DNA from: a virus
Lineage: Duplodnaviria; Heunggongvirae; Uroviricota; Caudoviricetes
Direction: 5' to 3' (one strand)
DNA length: 64,000 nucleotides
Virus record (IMG/VR): IMGVR_UViG_3300010942_000265
A program made the position numbers and the translations under genes. Positions 29,682 through 38,391 of the stretch are shown one piece after another. The stretch's first letter is position 1. Each line of letters starts with the position of its first letter. The notes below the pieces were generated by a model that searched no databases, had not been told where the DNA came from, and saw only the letters and a program-made list of their open reading frames with translations.

Positions 29682-30220
29682 TTTTTTTCTCTTACAATTC
29701 TGTATATAGTATTAAATTTTACACCTGATATATAAGCAATATCTTCCACATTTATACCCATTTCAAAAAGTTTTATAATAACTTCTTTGGTATATTTTAT
29801 ATCAGGATTTTTCTTTATAGGTATTGATACTGTATCTTCATGACTCCATCCATTTTTTAATCTATTTCTTAAAGCCATGTGATTAACACCTAATCTTCTT
29901 GACCATTCAGTTACAGTTAAAGTAAGACCATTTGCTGTAATAAATACATTATTGCCTTTGTTAGAATTTTGCTCTTGCTTTGAAGCCCATTTACAATTTT
30001 CTTTACTATAACCTTTTGAATTATCAAGTCTTTCAATAGTATAAGACGGATCAGGTTTATAACCCATGTCTTTTATAAATGTATCAAAAGAATTTATCCA
30101 TTCATCACACACAGTAATTCCTTTACCCCCATAATTACAATAAGAATTGTGATTTTTATTATAACATCTAGCTTTCATTCCTTGCCAAACTCTGTACTCT
30201 TTTATTTCTGATTTTTTCAT
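29678..30220 (-). CDS. HNH_3-type homing-endonuclease-like protein with C-terminal HTH
   Basis: YRVWQGMKARCYN...YGGKGITVCDEW N-terminal module. ERLDNSKGYSKENCKWASKQEQNSNKG is an HNH_3 core. The C-terminus is HTH-like. Confidence 0.6.
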   Translation of the reverse strand: MKKSEIKEYRVWQGMKARCYNKNHNSYCNYGGKGITVCDEWINSFDTFIKDMGYKPDPSYTIERLDNSKGYSKENCKWASKQEQNSNKGNNVFITANGLTLTVTEWSRRLGVNHMALRNRLKNGWSHEDTVSIPIKKNPDIKYTKEVIIKLFEMGINVEDIAYISGVKFNTIYRIVREKN

Positions 30221-30268
30221 AATATTAAGATATCTACAAAAGTAAACAAAAATAATTAGTTTAGCAAG

Positions 30269-30664
30269 TTAGTTATCAATTTTTTTTAAAATAAGGCATC
30301 CTTTTTCATCTAAAGCAGGTTCAGGAACTGCATAAACTTTATCTCCACAAATATCCATTACTATTTCTACTTGCCACTCAGTCTCTTTAGATAACCTATG
30401 TTCTAGCAATTCAAGTGCTTTTCGAAACCCATCCTTAAATACTCCTCTAAAAACGGCTTGAAATTTATCTCTAACTCCATTACCTGGGTAACAAAATTCT
30501 AAAGCCAACTCATCCAAATCATACCCATTAGCTATTGCTTCACAGTTTTTGAGGGATAGTTTTTGTTTGAAGTCTTGAGTAGATGCAAAGGTTACTCTTT
30601 TACCCTCTTCATTAATTCTATACAAGTCATACCCCCCTGCTTCTTTACTTAGTATTGCTTTCAT
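30269..30664 (-). CDS. Hypothetical protein, paralog family D (short copy)
   Basis: See 29115..29681. Confidence 0.45.
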   Translation of the reverse strand: MKAILSKEAGGYDLYRINEEGKRVTFASTQDFKQKLSLKNCEAIANGYDLDELALEFCYPGNGVRDKFQAVFRGVFKDGFRKALELLEHRLSKETEWQVEIVMDICGDKVYAVPEPALDEKGCLILKKIDN

Positions 30665-30680
30665 ATATTTTTATTTTTAG

Positions 30681-30783
30681 TGGTCATGACAGGACTCAAA
30701 CCTGTGACCTTATCCTGCCGATGGATTTAACCTGTACATGGTGTTACCAAAAGGATACGCTCTATCAACTGAGCTACATGACC
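30681..30783 (-). tRNA. tRNA-like gene with a roughly 30-nt insertion in the anticodon loop (possibly tRNA-Gln(UUG) if the insert is removed at 37/38); may be an intron-containing tRNA or a pseudo-tRNA
   Basis: Minus sense: acceptor GGTCATG/CATGACC, D-arm GCTC-AGTTGATA-GAGC, anticodon stem TATCC/GGATA, variable AGGTC, T-arm ACAGG-TTTGAGT-CCTGT. The T-arm and variable loop are identical to the tRNA-Arg at 43277..43350. 38 nt lie between the anticodon-stem halves. Confidence 0.5.
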
Positions 30784-30788
30784 AACCC

Positions 30789-31154
30789 TTAAAAGTTTCT
30801 TTTTTTAAGCATTAGGTGACCTTTAAAATATGATTGTAATTCTACAGTTTCTTTAAGTCTTTCTGAGTCTAATTCTATCACATTATCATAGTCAAAATCT
30901 AACATGATAGCTTTACACCGTCTTAAATTATCAACCTTAACTGTTAAAACCATTCCCCATCTAGTATCCTTATAATAAGTGTAATGATCAGGATCTGGTT
31001 CAGCAGTATAATACTTACACCATTGCTGATGAATAGGTTCTGGAGTCATTGTAGATAGCATCTGTTTAGCTATTGCTAAAGCTTCTTTCCTTATACCATT
31101 AGTACCATATCCTGTTGGTATACCAATTCTTAAGATACCTGGTTGACCTTCCAT
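30789..31154 (-). CDS. Hypothetical protein (121 aa)
   Basis: ORF track. Confidence 0.4.
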   Translation of the reverse strand: MEGQPGILRIGIPTGYGTNGIRKEALAIAKQMLSTMTPEPIHQQWCKYYTAEPDPDHYTYYKDTRWGMVLTVKVDNLRRCKAIMLDFDYDNVIELDSERLKETVELQSYFKGHLMLKKRNF

Positions 31155-31313
31155 AATTACTTTTTTAAGTTAACAAAGGCTTTCTTTAAAGCTTTAGATA
31201 CTTTAGCTTCCGGAAGTAAATGCTTAAATACGTCAGTAAGTACCTTTATAACAAAGATACTACTGACAATATTTAAGACTGTTTTAGAAACCTTTTTACC
31301 TAAAGAATTCATC

Positions 31314-31538
31314 TTACTGTAGTGTAGTTATTGTATAACTACCACAAACAGTAGAAGCTTGCTTACCAGATTCAGTACAATTACATTCTTCTTCAAAACT
31401 TACACAACCATCTTTGACAGTATAACTATCTGTATAAAAGTAATTGTTAGGAGTTTCAATCATGTACTTGTAATCTTTTTTACTTGTACAACTTGCAGTT
31501 AATACAAGAACAGCTACAATGAATAATACCTTCTTCAT
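31314..31538 (-). CDS. Small Cys-rich lipoprotein
   Basis: MKKVLFIVAVLVLTASC lipobox. Confidence 0.45.
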   Translation of the reverse strand: MKKVLFIVAVLVLTASCTSKKDYKYMIETPNNYFYTDSYTVKDGCVSFEEECNCTESGKQASTVCGSYTITTLQ

Positions 31539-32455
31539 TACTTAATGTTTAAGAATGTTCCAGATCCCCCTGCAATTGTAGAAGGTAACTTACCATCCCA
31601 TGCATTTGCTTTTAGATACTCAATATAGATAGGAGTAATCTTCTGTTGCTTGAGTTCAATAGCCTTGGCAGCAGCTGATGCAGTAATAATTTGCTCTGCT
31701 GAATCTGCTCTAGCAACTGCAACCTTACGCTTACCATCTGCAATAGCTGATAATGCTTGTTGCTCTGATGCTTCTGCTTGTTGAATAGCTTTAGTCTTAG
31801 CAATAATAGATTCTTGTAATGCTTCCGGTGGTGTAATATTAGTTCTCAACTGAGATACATCAAACCATTTCTGTAAACGCTTATTACATTCTACTACAAT
31901 ACTGTATTCAAATGCTTGCCTATGAGAAAAGATACTATCTACTTCCCAAGTATTAGCAACATCATTAACTGCACCTACAATAGCATTCTTTAACCAACCT
32001 TGTTCTATTTCTTTAACACCTAATCTTAGATTGACAAACATGTCACCAATAGATTCCGGTTTTAATGAGTAATTAAAGCTTGGCTTAATAGTAGCTGAGA
32101 AACCTCCTTTAGTAATAACAACCTGATCATCATACTCAATGTGTTGCTGATATGTAGGATATTCTAAGACTTGTGTAAACCATGTATTGTAAACTACCCA
32201 ACCGGTCTTATACTGATAATTGGCTACACCACGTTCTGATCCAGATAAGTTAACTACAATACCTTTGTGACCTGCATCAATTCTCTCTACTGAGTAAGGT
32301 TGGAAAATACCAACAATAATACCTATGATTATTACTGCTATTCCTCTGATGAATTTAACTTTTGCTACATCTTCATCTTCATCTGTTGTTAGAGCATTGT
32401 AAATCATAAAACCTCCAATTAGGGCAAACAACCCTATAATAATCCATGTAATCAT
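31538..32455 (-). CDS. SPFH/band-7 (prohibitin/HflKC-like) domain membrane protein
   Basis: N-terminal TM, then VERIDAGHKGIVV...; C-terminal AKTKAIQQAEASEQQALSAIADGKRKVAVARADSAEQ coiled-coil region typical of HflK/C. Confidence 0.65.
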   Translation of the reverse strand: MITWIIIGLFALIGGFMIYNALTTDEDEDVAKVKFIRGIAVIIIGIIVGIFQPYSVERIDAGHKGIVVNLSGSERGVANYQYKTGWVVYNTWFTQVLEYPTYQQHIEYDDQVVITKGGFSATIKPSFNYSLKPESIGDMFVNLRLGVKEIEQGWLKNAIVGAVNDVANTWEVDSIFSHRQAFEYSIVVECNKRLQKWFDVSQLRTNITPPEALQESIIAKTKAIQQAEASEQQALSAIADGKRKVAVARADSAEQIITASAAAKAIELKQQKITPIYIEYLKANAWDGKLPSTIAGGSGTFLNIK

Positions 32456-32670
32456 CTTTTCTTAATTTTAAAAATTGGTAATAAAAACTTTTTCCATACA
32501 ATGTATCCTACCCAATAGGATAAGAACATAAAGACCAATGTTGCTATGGATAAAACAACATTATCTACATCTGAGCTCATTAAATGAGCATACAGATTAC
32601 CAATATACATGTAAATCATTACTATAGTTATGGATAACCATAACCACGGTTTTTCACTTTTTTTTGTCAT
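32452..32670 (-). CDS. Small membrane protein (coupled upstream of SPFH gene)
   Basis: Hydrophobic; 4-nt overlap with the SPFH gene. Confidence 0.4.
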   Translation of the reverse strand: MTKKSEKPWLWLSITIVMIYMYIGNLYAHLMSSDVDNVVLSIATLVFMFLSYWVGYIVWKKFLLPIFKIKKR

Positions 32671-32863
32671 AACTTTCCTTTCTGTTATCTAAATAGTCTA
32701 TGATAAAACCTACAGCAACAATTAGATTCATACCTAATGATGCAATTATTTCAGTGATGTCTTCATAGACTGTTGTCATAAGGTGAATATGACCTATTGT
32801 CCAAAAGGGAATAGCCAAATTTTGACTTATCCAAACTATCAGATATTTAATAAAGTGTGCCAT
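32654..32863 (-). CDS. Small membrane protein
   Basis: Hydrophobic. Confidence 0.35.
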   Translation of the reverse strand: MAHFIKYLIVWISQNLAIPFWTIGHIHLMTTVYEDITEIIASLGMNLIVAVGFIIDYLDNRKESYDKKK

Positions 32864-32962
32864 ATATGATGTATTTTAAAACACCTATGACACCAATAAT
32901 TGCTAATAGATAAATAATTATCCAAAGAGCATTTATTAACTTTTGTCTAGTCCCCTTCTTCA

Positions 32963-33220
32963 TTATTCACCCCCTTCTTTTTTATGGGCGTTTTTAAAGC
33001 ATGTGGTGAACTTTTTTTGGACTTGTTCAATCTTTCCAGCCTCTCCTGTATCTTTTGATTCATAGAAACGCTGTCTAATTTTCTCTTGTTCTCGCTCATA
33101 CTGTTCCCAGTTATAGATTTCTAACTCTTTCATTCTAGCAACATCACCAATAGTAATGTTTTCAGGTATACCATTATTAGCTTCCATGATTGCTATGCAC
33201 ATTTCTTTCATTTTTCCCAT
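32963..33220 (-). CDS. Hypothetical protein (85 aa)
   Basis: ORF track. Confidence 0.35.
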   Translation of the reverse strand: MGKMKEMCIAIMEANNGIPENITIGDVARMKELEIYNWEQYEREQEKIRQRFYESKDTGEAGKIEQVQKKFTTCFKNAHKKEGGE

Positions 33221-33699
33221 AATGTAATATTTTTGGTTAGTAGAAATTTGATAGTGACTCTGATGTCATCATGACCTAGTATTGCACCCATAGTTTTAAG
33301 TTTCCGGTACATTTTAATGTCCATATCAAGTTCAACCCGCTTTCTCCTATTAGATTTAAACTCAAGTTCAATTACACTAAAATCATAAGGAAACATAACT
33401 GAATATACATATACATTCTGCTTGTAAGAAGGATCGTTACAAAACTGTATAGGTAACCTTTTATTGTAATGTACTTTATCTCTCTTATAACCTGAAATAT
33501 TTGCAATTTCAAGTTCAGTCATACCATATTTGTAGGCTAGTATACCTATCAAATAACTTCTCTGATCAACAAGAACTCTTTTCCTTGCTTGAGGTGGTAA
33601 TTTCTTTAGAGCTGCAATAACATCTTCTTTAGTGTAATCTTCCATATTAGATAAAAAACGGAAATAATAGACCTTTGAACTCTGATACAAAAGGGCCAA
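33208..33699 (-). CDS. Hypothetical protein (163 aa)
   Basis: ORF track. Confidence 0.4.
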   Translation of the reverse strand: MALLYQSSKVYYFRFLSNMEDYTKEDVIAALKKLPPQARKRVLVDQRSYLIGILAYKYGMTELEIANISGYKRDKVHYNKRLPIQFCNDPSYKQNVYVYSVMFPYDFSVIELEFKSNRRKRVELDMDIKMYRKLKTMGAILGHDDIRVTIKFLLTKNITLWEK

Positions 33700-33842
33700 T
33701 TAATACTGTACTAATAAATCCGTGTGAATGAGACCAAATATACCAAAAATATAAAGTACAAACTTGAGATGTTATTAGATAAATATAAAATGCAACAAGA
33801 CCTAAAACTCCTAAACTATCTTTCATAGACTGAAAATTAAAA

Positions 33843-33866
33843 GGGGAGCAACGCCCCCCTTATGTT
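33843..33866 (-). terminator. Intrinsic terminator (minus strand)
   Basis: Minus-sense GGGGGGCGTTGCTCCCC followed by a T-run. Confidence 0.4.
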
Positions 33867-35226
33867 AAAATACTTTTTCTTGTCCAGATTCAGAAAATGC
33901 TGTAACCTCACCACTATGATCAACATGTACTTTCTTACCATGTGTAGCAATACACAAGTCTTTAAGTTGGTTGTTCATTTGGTCTAAACAGATTGCATTT
34001 ACCTTGTAGGGAAACTGACTACTATGGATATTGTCTTGTCCATCATTGATTACCAAAATTTCTGGTTTCTCTTCAGACAAATCAATATTTAAGTTCATCA
34101 GTCTTTTATTATGAATTACTTCTGTTGCAACTTTCTTAACCATGTCACCAACTCTTGTCATACCACCATTTGGTCTATTAGAGAATTGTTGCCAAAATCT
34201 AATAACAGAAGCTTTATCATGAACATGATGAAAATGCATTTCTTCAGGATTGTCCACAAAATAACTAAAGAATACTTCAGCTTCACCTTTGATAACATAT
34301 CTGAATCTATCAATTAAGATAGCATTAACCCAGTCTTGTTTAAAAGGTTCATTCATACTACCTGAAAAATCCAAAAGAATGATAATCTTTTGTTTCTGTT
34401 CTTTTCTGTCAACAGGAACACTTACCACAAGATCCTTCATAAGAAGTTTTACTGGAAAGTTTGGAAACAATCTTTGATACAAATCTACTTGTGCTATCTG
34501 AGCATAATCACGCATCATCTTTTTAGCATAGATATCAGAATTACTTACTAATTTTTCAGCAATTTCTTTCTCAACTTTGAATTGTTCACCAAGTTTACCA
34601 ATAATAGAAACTTTGTTTAAGATTGACATCTTTCTACTTTTACTTACATCATTCATTTCAAGCTGATCATTAATATCAGGATTGAAATAAACTTCGCGGT
34701 CAAAATCTAATTTTGCCTCTTTCATAAGTTCCATATCAGACTTTTCATTGTCATCTGCATATTCAGGATCATGTTTAGACATGTTCTGATAAATTGCAAT
34801 TGCTTGCTCCAATGGAGTAAAACCAGGAATGAAGGTATCATAAATTTTATCATAAAAGTCCTTCTTAATTGACATTGCAGCTGCATTTTCTTCAGATAAT
34901 TGAGTAAAATCTGCATATTCTGGTTTGAAATAGTCTTTGTCACCAATCATTTTAAAATAACAAACTCTTGCTAATTCTTTGATTTGATTAACAGCTTCTC
35001 TTTTCCAGACATCAGCTTTATTCTCAATATCTCTTGTTGTTGGAGTCGTGTAATTCTCCGGTTCTTTAACAACCAAAGAAGAATCATCTTCCAAGGGGTC
35101 ATTAAAATATGATCCCCAATAATCCCAGGAGCCACCATAGGAGTAGCTATCATAGCTAGATTTACCTCTGCTATAAGTACTACCCCTACCGTAACTTCTT
35201 CCACTATATGTTCTGTAACCTGCCAT
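33865..35226 (-). CDS. VWA-domain protein (CobT-like), with N-terminal S/Y/G/R-rich low-complexity region
   Basis: MIDAS IIILLDFSGSM ... NDGQDN. The N-terminus is MAGYRTYSGRSYGRGSTYSRGKSSYDSYSYGGSWDYW. Coupled to the upstream AAA ATPase. Confidence 0.6.
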   Translation of the reverse strand: MAGYRTYSGRSYGRGSTYSRGKSSYDSYSYGGSWDYWGSYFNDPLEDDSSLVVKEPENYTTPTTRDIENKADVWKREAVNQIKELARVCYFKMIGDKDYFKPEYADFTQLSEENAAAMSIKKDFYDKIYDTFIPGFTPLEQAIAIYQNMSKHDPEYADDNEKSDMELMKEAKLDFDREVYFNPDINDQLEMNDVSKSRKMSILNKVSIIGKLGEQFKVEKEIAEKLVSNSDIYAKKMMRDYAQIAQVDLYQRLFPNFPVKLLMKDLVVSVPVDRKEQKQKIIILLDFSGSMNEPFKQDWVNAILIDRFRYVIKGEAEVFFSYFVDNPEEMHFHHVHDKASVIRFWQQFSNRPNGGMTRVGDMVKKVATEVIHNKRLMNLNIDLSEEKPEILVINDGQDNIHSSQFPYKVNAICLDQMNNQLKDLCIATHGKKVHVDHSGEVTAFSESGQEKVF

Positions 35227-35228
35227 GG

Positions 35229-36305
35229 TTATTCTTCACCAGTCATTGTTGAAGCAATCATGACTTTCTTACCAAGAGCTTTAACTCTACCTTCATGCTC
35301 TTTGTAAAGTCTTGCATGTGTCTCAGCCATATCATCAGATACTTTCAAAGACTTCAATTCTTTAAGCATGTCAGAGTACTCAGCAAAAGTTTCATTGAAA
35401 CTTTCAATGTTTTTAGCATCAGCTAATGGATTAAGATCCAAAAGACTGTAATGATCTTGCATCAATCCGCCAAGTGCGCGTAATTTAGCTTGTGCTTCAA
35501 ATTTCTTCAATGCATCAGCTACCAAACTTGGTTTCTTAGCAAATTCTGCAATGAAACTCAATGCTTCAGGTCCACATTGTTCAAATACAGTATAAGCTGT
35601 AATTGCAACACGCGGTGAAATAATAATTGAGTTCTTTGCATACTCTTGCAAGATGAATGGAATTACAGGATCCACATTACCTTCACCAAATCTTGTTTCC
35701 AACAAACGGTTGTAAGCAATGTCTGTATAGTTATTCCATACAACATTCAACTCTAATGGAAAACGCTCCATCAAGGCTTTCAAAGACATGTTCTTAGAGA
35801 ACTCTTCTCTTGTACGGTTAGTACAACAAACAATGAATTTAGTCTTGATAGGAACAATTTGACTACCATTACGGAATACTCCTGAAGACAAAATATCTTT
35901 CAACTGCTCCAAGATGAAATCTGGTGCATCAAACATCTCCTCAAATACCACATACTCATGGTTCATGAAGCTGTTCTCAACCAAGTATTCAATCTTACCA
36001 GTTGTGTTGAAGGTTGGAATATCCAAACCACCAAATAAACGGTCAGTTGTCATACCTGTACCCATAGTGATTACATATGGTGATATGTTGTTTTCAGCAA
36101 AAAATGCTTCAGTAAGTTCAGACTTACCATGACCACCAGGGCCATATAGAACAATGTTTTTCTCAGTTGCAAAGCCAATATTTAAAATCTGTAATGCTTT
36201 TTCCATGAAAACAAATCCCTCTGTAGAAGGATTAACTGCATTTGCAAAAAATTCATCTGTTCCATTCATGTTTTCAGATGCTTGGTTGTTTACTTTTTTA
36301 GACAT
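35229..36305 (-). CDS. AAA+ ATPase (MoxR/CobS-like)
   Basis: Walker A LYGPGGHGKSE and Walker B YVVFEEMFD. Directly upstream of and coupled to the VWA gene. Confidence 0.6.
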   Translation of the reverse strand: MSKKVNNQASENMNGTDEFFANAVNPSTEGFVFMEKALQILNIGFATEKNIVLYGPGGHGKSELTEAFFAENNISPYVITMGTGMTTDRLFGGLDIPTFNTTGKIEYLVENSFMNHEYVVFEEMFDAPDFILEQLKDILSSGVFRNGSQIVPIKTKFIVCCTNRTREEFSKNMSLKALMERFPLELNVVWNNYTDIAYNRLLETRFGEGNVDPVIPFILQEYAKNSIIISPRVAITAYTVFEQCGPEALSFIAEFAKKPSLVADALKKFEAQAKLRALGGLMQDHYSLLDLNPLADAKNIESFNETFAEYSDMLKELKSLKVSDDMAETHARLYKEHEGRVKALGKKVMIASTMTGEE

Positions 36306-36365
36306 ACCTCTTTAATTAAAAATTTTTGAATAATTGTGATAATCATAACGACACAGTTCAGTGAA

Positions 36366-36722
36366 CTAGTCTTCATTTTCTTTTTCATCAGGATCTTTTG
36401 CATATCCTCCTGCAAATCCTCCTCTTTTCGTTTGTTCCAATAAACCGCTTAATTCTTTTTTCATTGCTGCAGCACGACCAACATTAGCTCCAATATGAAA
36501 TACACAGTAAGCTAGTTCATTTGCATGTCTAACTATTCTGCTTATTTCTACCATTGAATCTGTGATAGTGTTAGTATCCTCAACATATTGCTTAATTAAT
36601 ATGTCAAGTTCTTTCTCTCTTGCTTCTGTAATCCCTAATGTTTGAGGGATTTTATCAGATTCATCATCTACAATAATGACTCTAAGGTTGGGATTACCCC
36701 GACCTTTTGCTTCTTCTGCCAT
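36366..36722 (-). CDS. Hypothetical protein (118 aa)
   Basis: ORF track. Confidence 0.4.
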   Translation of the reverse strand: MAEEAKGRGNPNLRVIIVDDESDKIPQTLGITEAREKELDILIKQYVEDTNTITDSMVEISRIVRHANELAYCVFHIGANVGRAAAMKKELSGLLEQTKRGGFAGGYAKDPDEKENED

Positions 36723-36746
36723 AAATAATTGATTGTTTTACAGAAA

Positions 36747-37028
36747 TTAAATTGTCATGTCTGCTTCTAATTCCTCTTCTAATACTTCTTCTTCAGATTC
36801 AATAATAATTCCAAATCTGCGTGCATCATAGTATTCATAAGGAAAAGAAATTTCAGTTAATTCAACTTCTTTTAATTTGTAACCTAATTTACCTGCTTGT
36901 AAGCCCATAGGGGCAACACTAATTACTGTATAAACAGTATCTTTTTTAATCCACTCTGATGCGGGGATGTTTTCGGGTTTGTTTGCATCATCAATGCAAA
37001 TAACTCTCATTGGGTTCATATTCTGCAA
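36747..37028 (-). CDS. Hypothetical protein (93 aa)
   Basis: ORF track. Confidence 0.35.
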   Translation of the reverse strand: MQNMNPMRVICIDDANKPENIPASEWIKKDTVYTVISVAPMGLQAGKLGYKLKEVELTEISFPYEYYDARRFGIIIESEEEVLEEELEADMTI

Positions 37029-37254
37029 CTTCTGTTTTGATTTTTACTCTATCAAAAGTAGCATGAAGTTCAAACATGTCAATAAAACTTCCTGTTTTAA
37101 TGTCACATTTACCATTGTTGTCCGCAATAAGAGCGCACTGCTCTGCTTGAATAGGATTATGATTACAGAATCTAATTAAGCAAGCCATGATGTACTGATA
37201 AGAGTTAACATCATCATTATACATAGTGAGCTTATGTGTTTTGGTATTACTCAT
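36991..37254 (-). CDS. clpS: ClpS-like ATP-dependent Clp protease adaptor
   Basis: KLTMYNDDVNSYQYIMACLIRFCNHNPIQAEQCALIADNNGKCDIKTGSF aligns with the ClpS core (ILVNDDYTPMEFVIDVL...ATQLML.VH..GKA.CG). Confidence 0.65.
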   Translation of the reverse strand: MSNTKTHKLTMYNDDVNSYQYIMACLIRFCNHNPIQAEQCALIADNNGKCDIKTGSFIDMFELHATFDRVKIKTEVAEYEPNESYLH

Positions 37255-37281
37255 ACTACTAATATAATATTTTTTTTGAGA

Positions 37282-38391
37282 TTAGCTAAGATTTACATTA
37301 TAATCACGCCAGATAATTTTAGACTGATCAAAGTTTTCTAAAGCTTCAGTAACCCATTTTTCATCAATTGTGTTAACATAACATAAGATATGTACAATAG
37401 ATTTATCATTTGGGTTAAGTCTCAATAATCTACCAATTCTCTGTGCAGCTTTGCGTTCATTACCATATGCATGCATGATGACACCTTGTTTTAAATCAGG
37501 AATGTTAACACCTTCATTTAACTGTAATACAGTAGAAAGTTTTAGAATTTTACCTGATTTAAATTTTTCAAGATTTTCTTCTGATTGGCTATTATTGCTG
37601 TGATAGCTATGATTACATAACTTATCAGCTTGTTCTTGAGTATTAGCAAATAAAATGCATTTGCTATTGATACTATTAAACAAAATCTTAGCATAGCGCT
37701 CTTTGCTTGGATATTCCATCATTGCTTTCATACGCATTACCCTAAGCATATGCATATTACCAGAACCAACATCAATTCTTCTTGACCAGTAAGTATAATT
37801 TTGTTCCTCACTAGTCATAAAAGACTTAGCTTTCATTGTAACTCTGTAATTCTTCTCAGTACTGAGATTAATCTTGTGCACTACAATTTGATAATCATTC
37901 AACAATCCATTTTCTATGGCATCATCTGCTTTAAAAGTAAAGACTGTTGGACAAAATTCTTGAGATAACCTACCCTTTTCTGAATTCTTATGTTTAGGTG
38001 GAGTACCTGTTAAACCAAGTATTTTACCTTTGAAGTTTTCTAGAAAACCACGGTGGCTATCCAATAAACTATGAGATTCATCCAAGTAGACCACATCATA
38101 ATCAGCAGGGTTGTGTTTATTCAAGCTCAAATATGTGGTGAACACCATTCTCCCTATCAGATATTGCTTATCAAATTTCTCTGCATCATCTTTCCAAGAG
38201 GTAAAGATGGATCTTTTAGGGGCAACAACTAAACACTTCATCAATGGTGTAGTATTTCTATCCATATGGGTAAGGCCAACCAGGGTTTTACCAACCCCGG
38301 TGCCTAATACCACACTACATCTTTGTTTACCATCTGTTGCCGCTAATGCTTCCAATTGAATTTGATCTTTAGTTAATTTATCTCTTTCCAT
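37282..38391 (-). CDS. Superfamily-2 DExH helicase
   Basis: Motif I VLGTGVGKT, II YLDESH, III LTGTP, VI QRIGRLLR. Confidence 0.75.
   Translation of the reverse strand: MERDKLTKDQIQLEALAATDGKQRCSVVLGTGVGKTLVGLTHMDRNTTPLMKCLVVAPKRSIFTSWKDDAEKFDKQYLIGRMVFTTYLSLNKHNPADYDVVYLDESHSLLDSHRGFLENFKGKILGLTGTPPKHKNSEKGRLSQEFCPTVFTFKADDAIENGLLNDYQIVVHKINLSTEKNYRVTMKAKSFMTSEEQNYTYWSRRIDVGSGNMHMLRVMRMKAMMEYPSKERYAKILFNSINSKCILFANTQEQADKLCNHSYHSNNSQSEENLEKFKSGKILKLSTVLQLNEGVNIPDLKQGVIMHAYGNERKAAQRIGRLLRLNPNDKSIVHILCYVNTIDEKWVTEALENFDQSKIIWRDYNVNLS

Noticed and set aside
31612-31803. Minus ORF 31612..31803 (Q/L-rich) inside the SPFH gene
   Set aside because: Alternate frame of the coiled-coil region of the SPFH ORF.
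34111-36132. ORFs 34111..34317, 34289..34477, 34722..34946, 34971..35204 and 35914..36132
   Set aside because: Embedded in or antisense to the VWA and AAA ATPase genes, which carry clear motifs.
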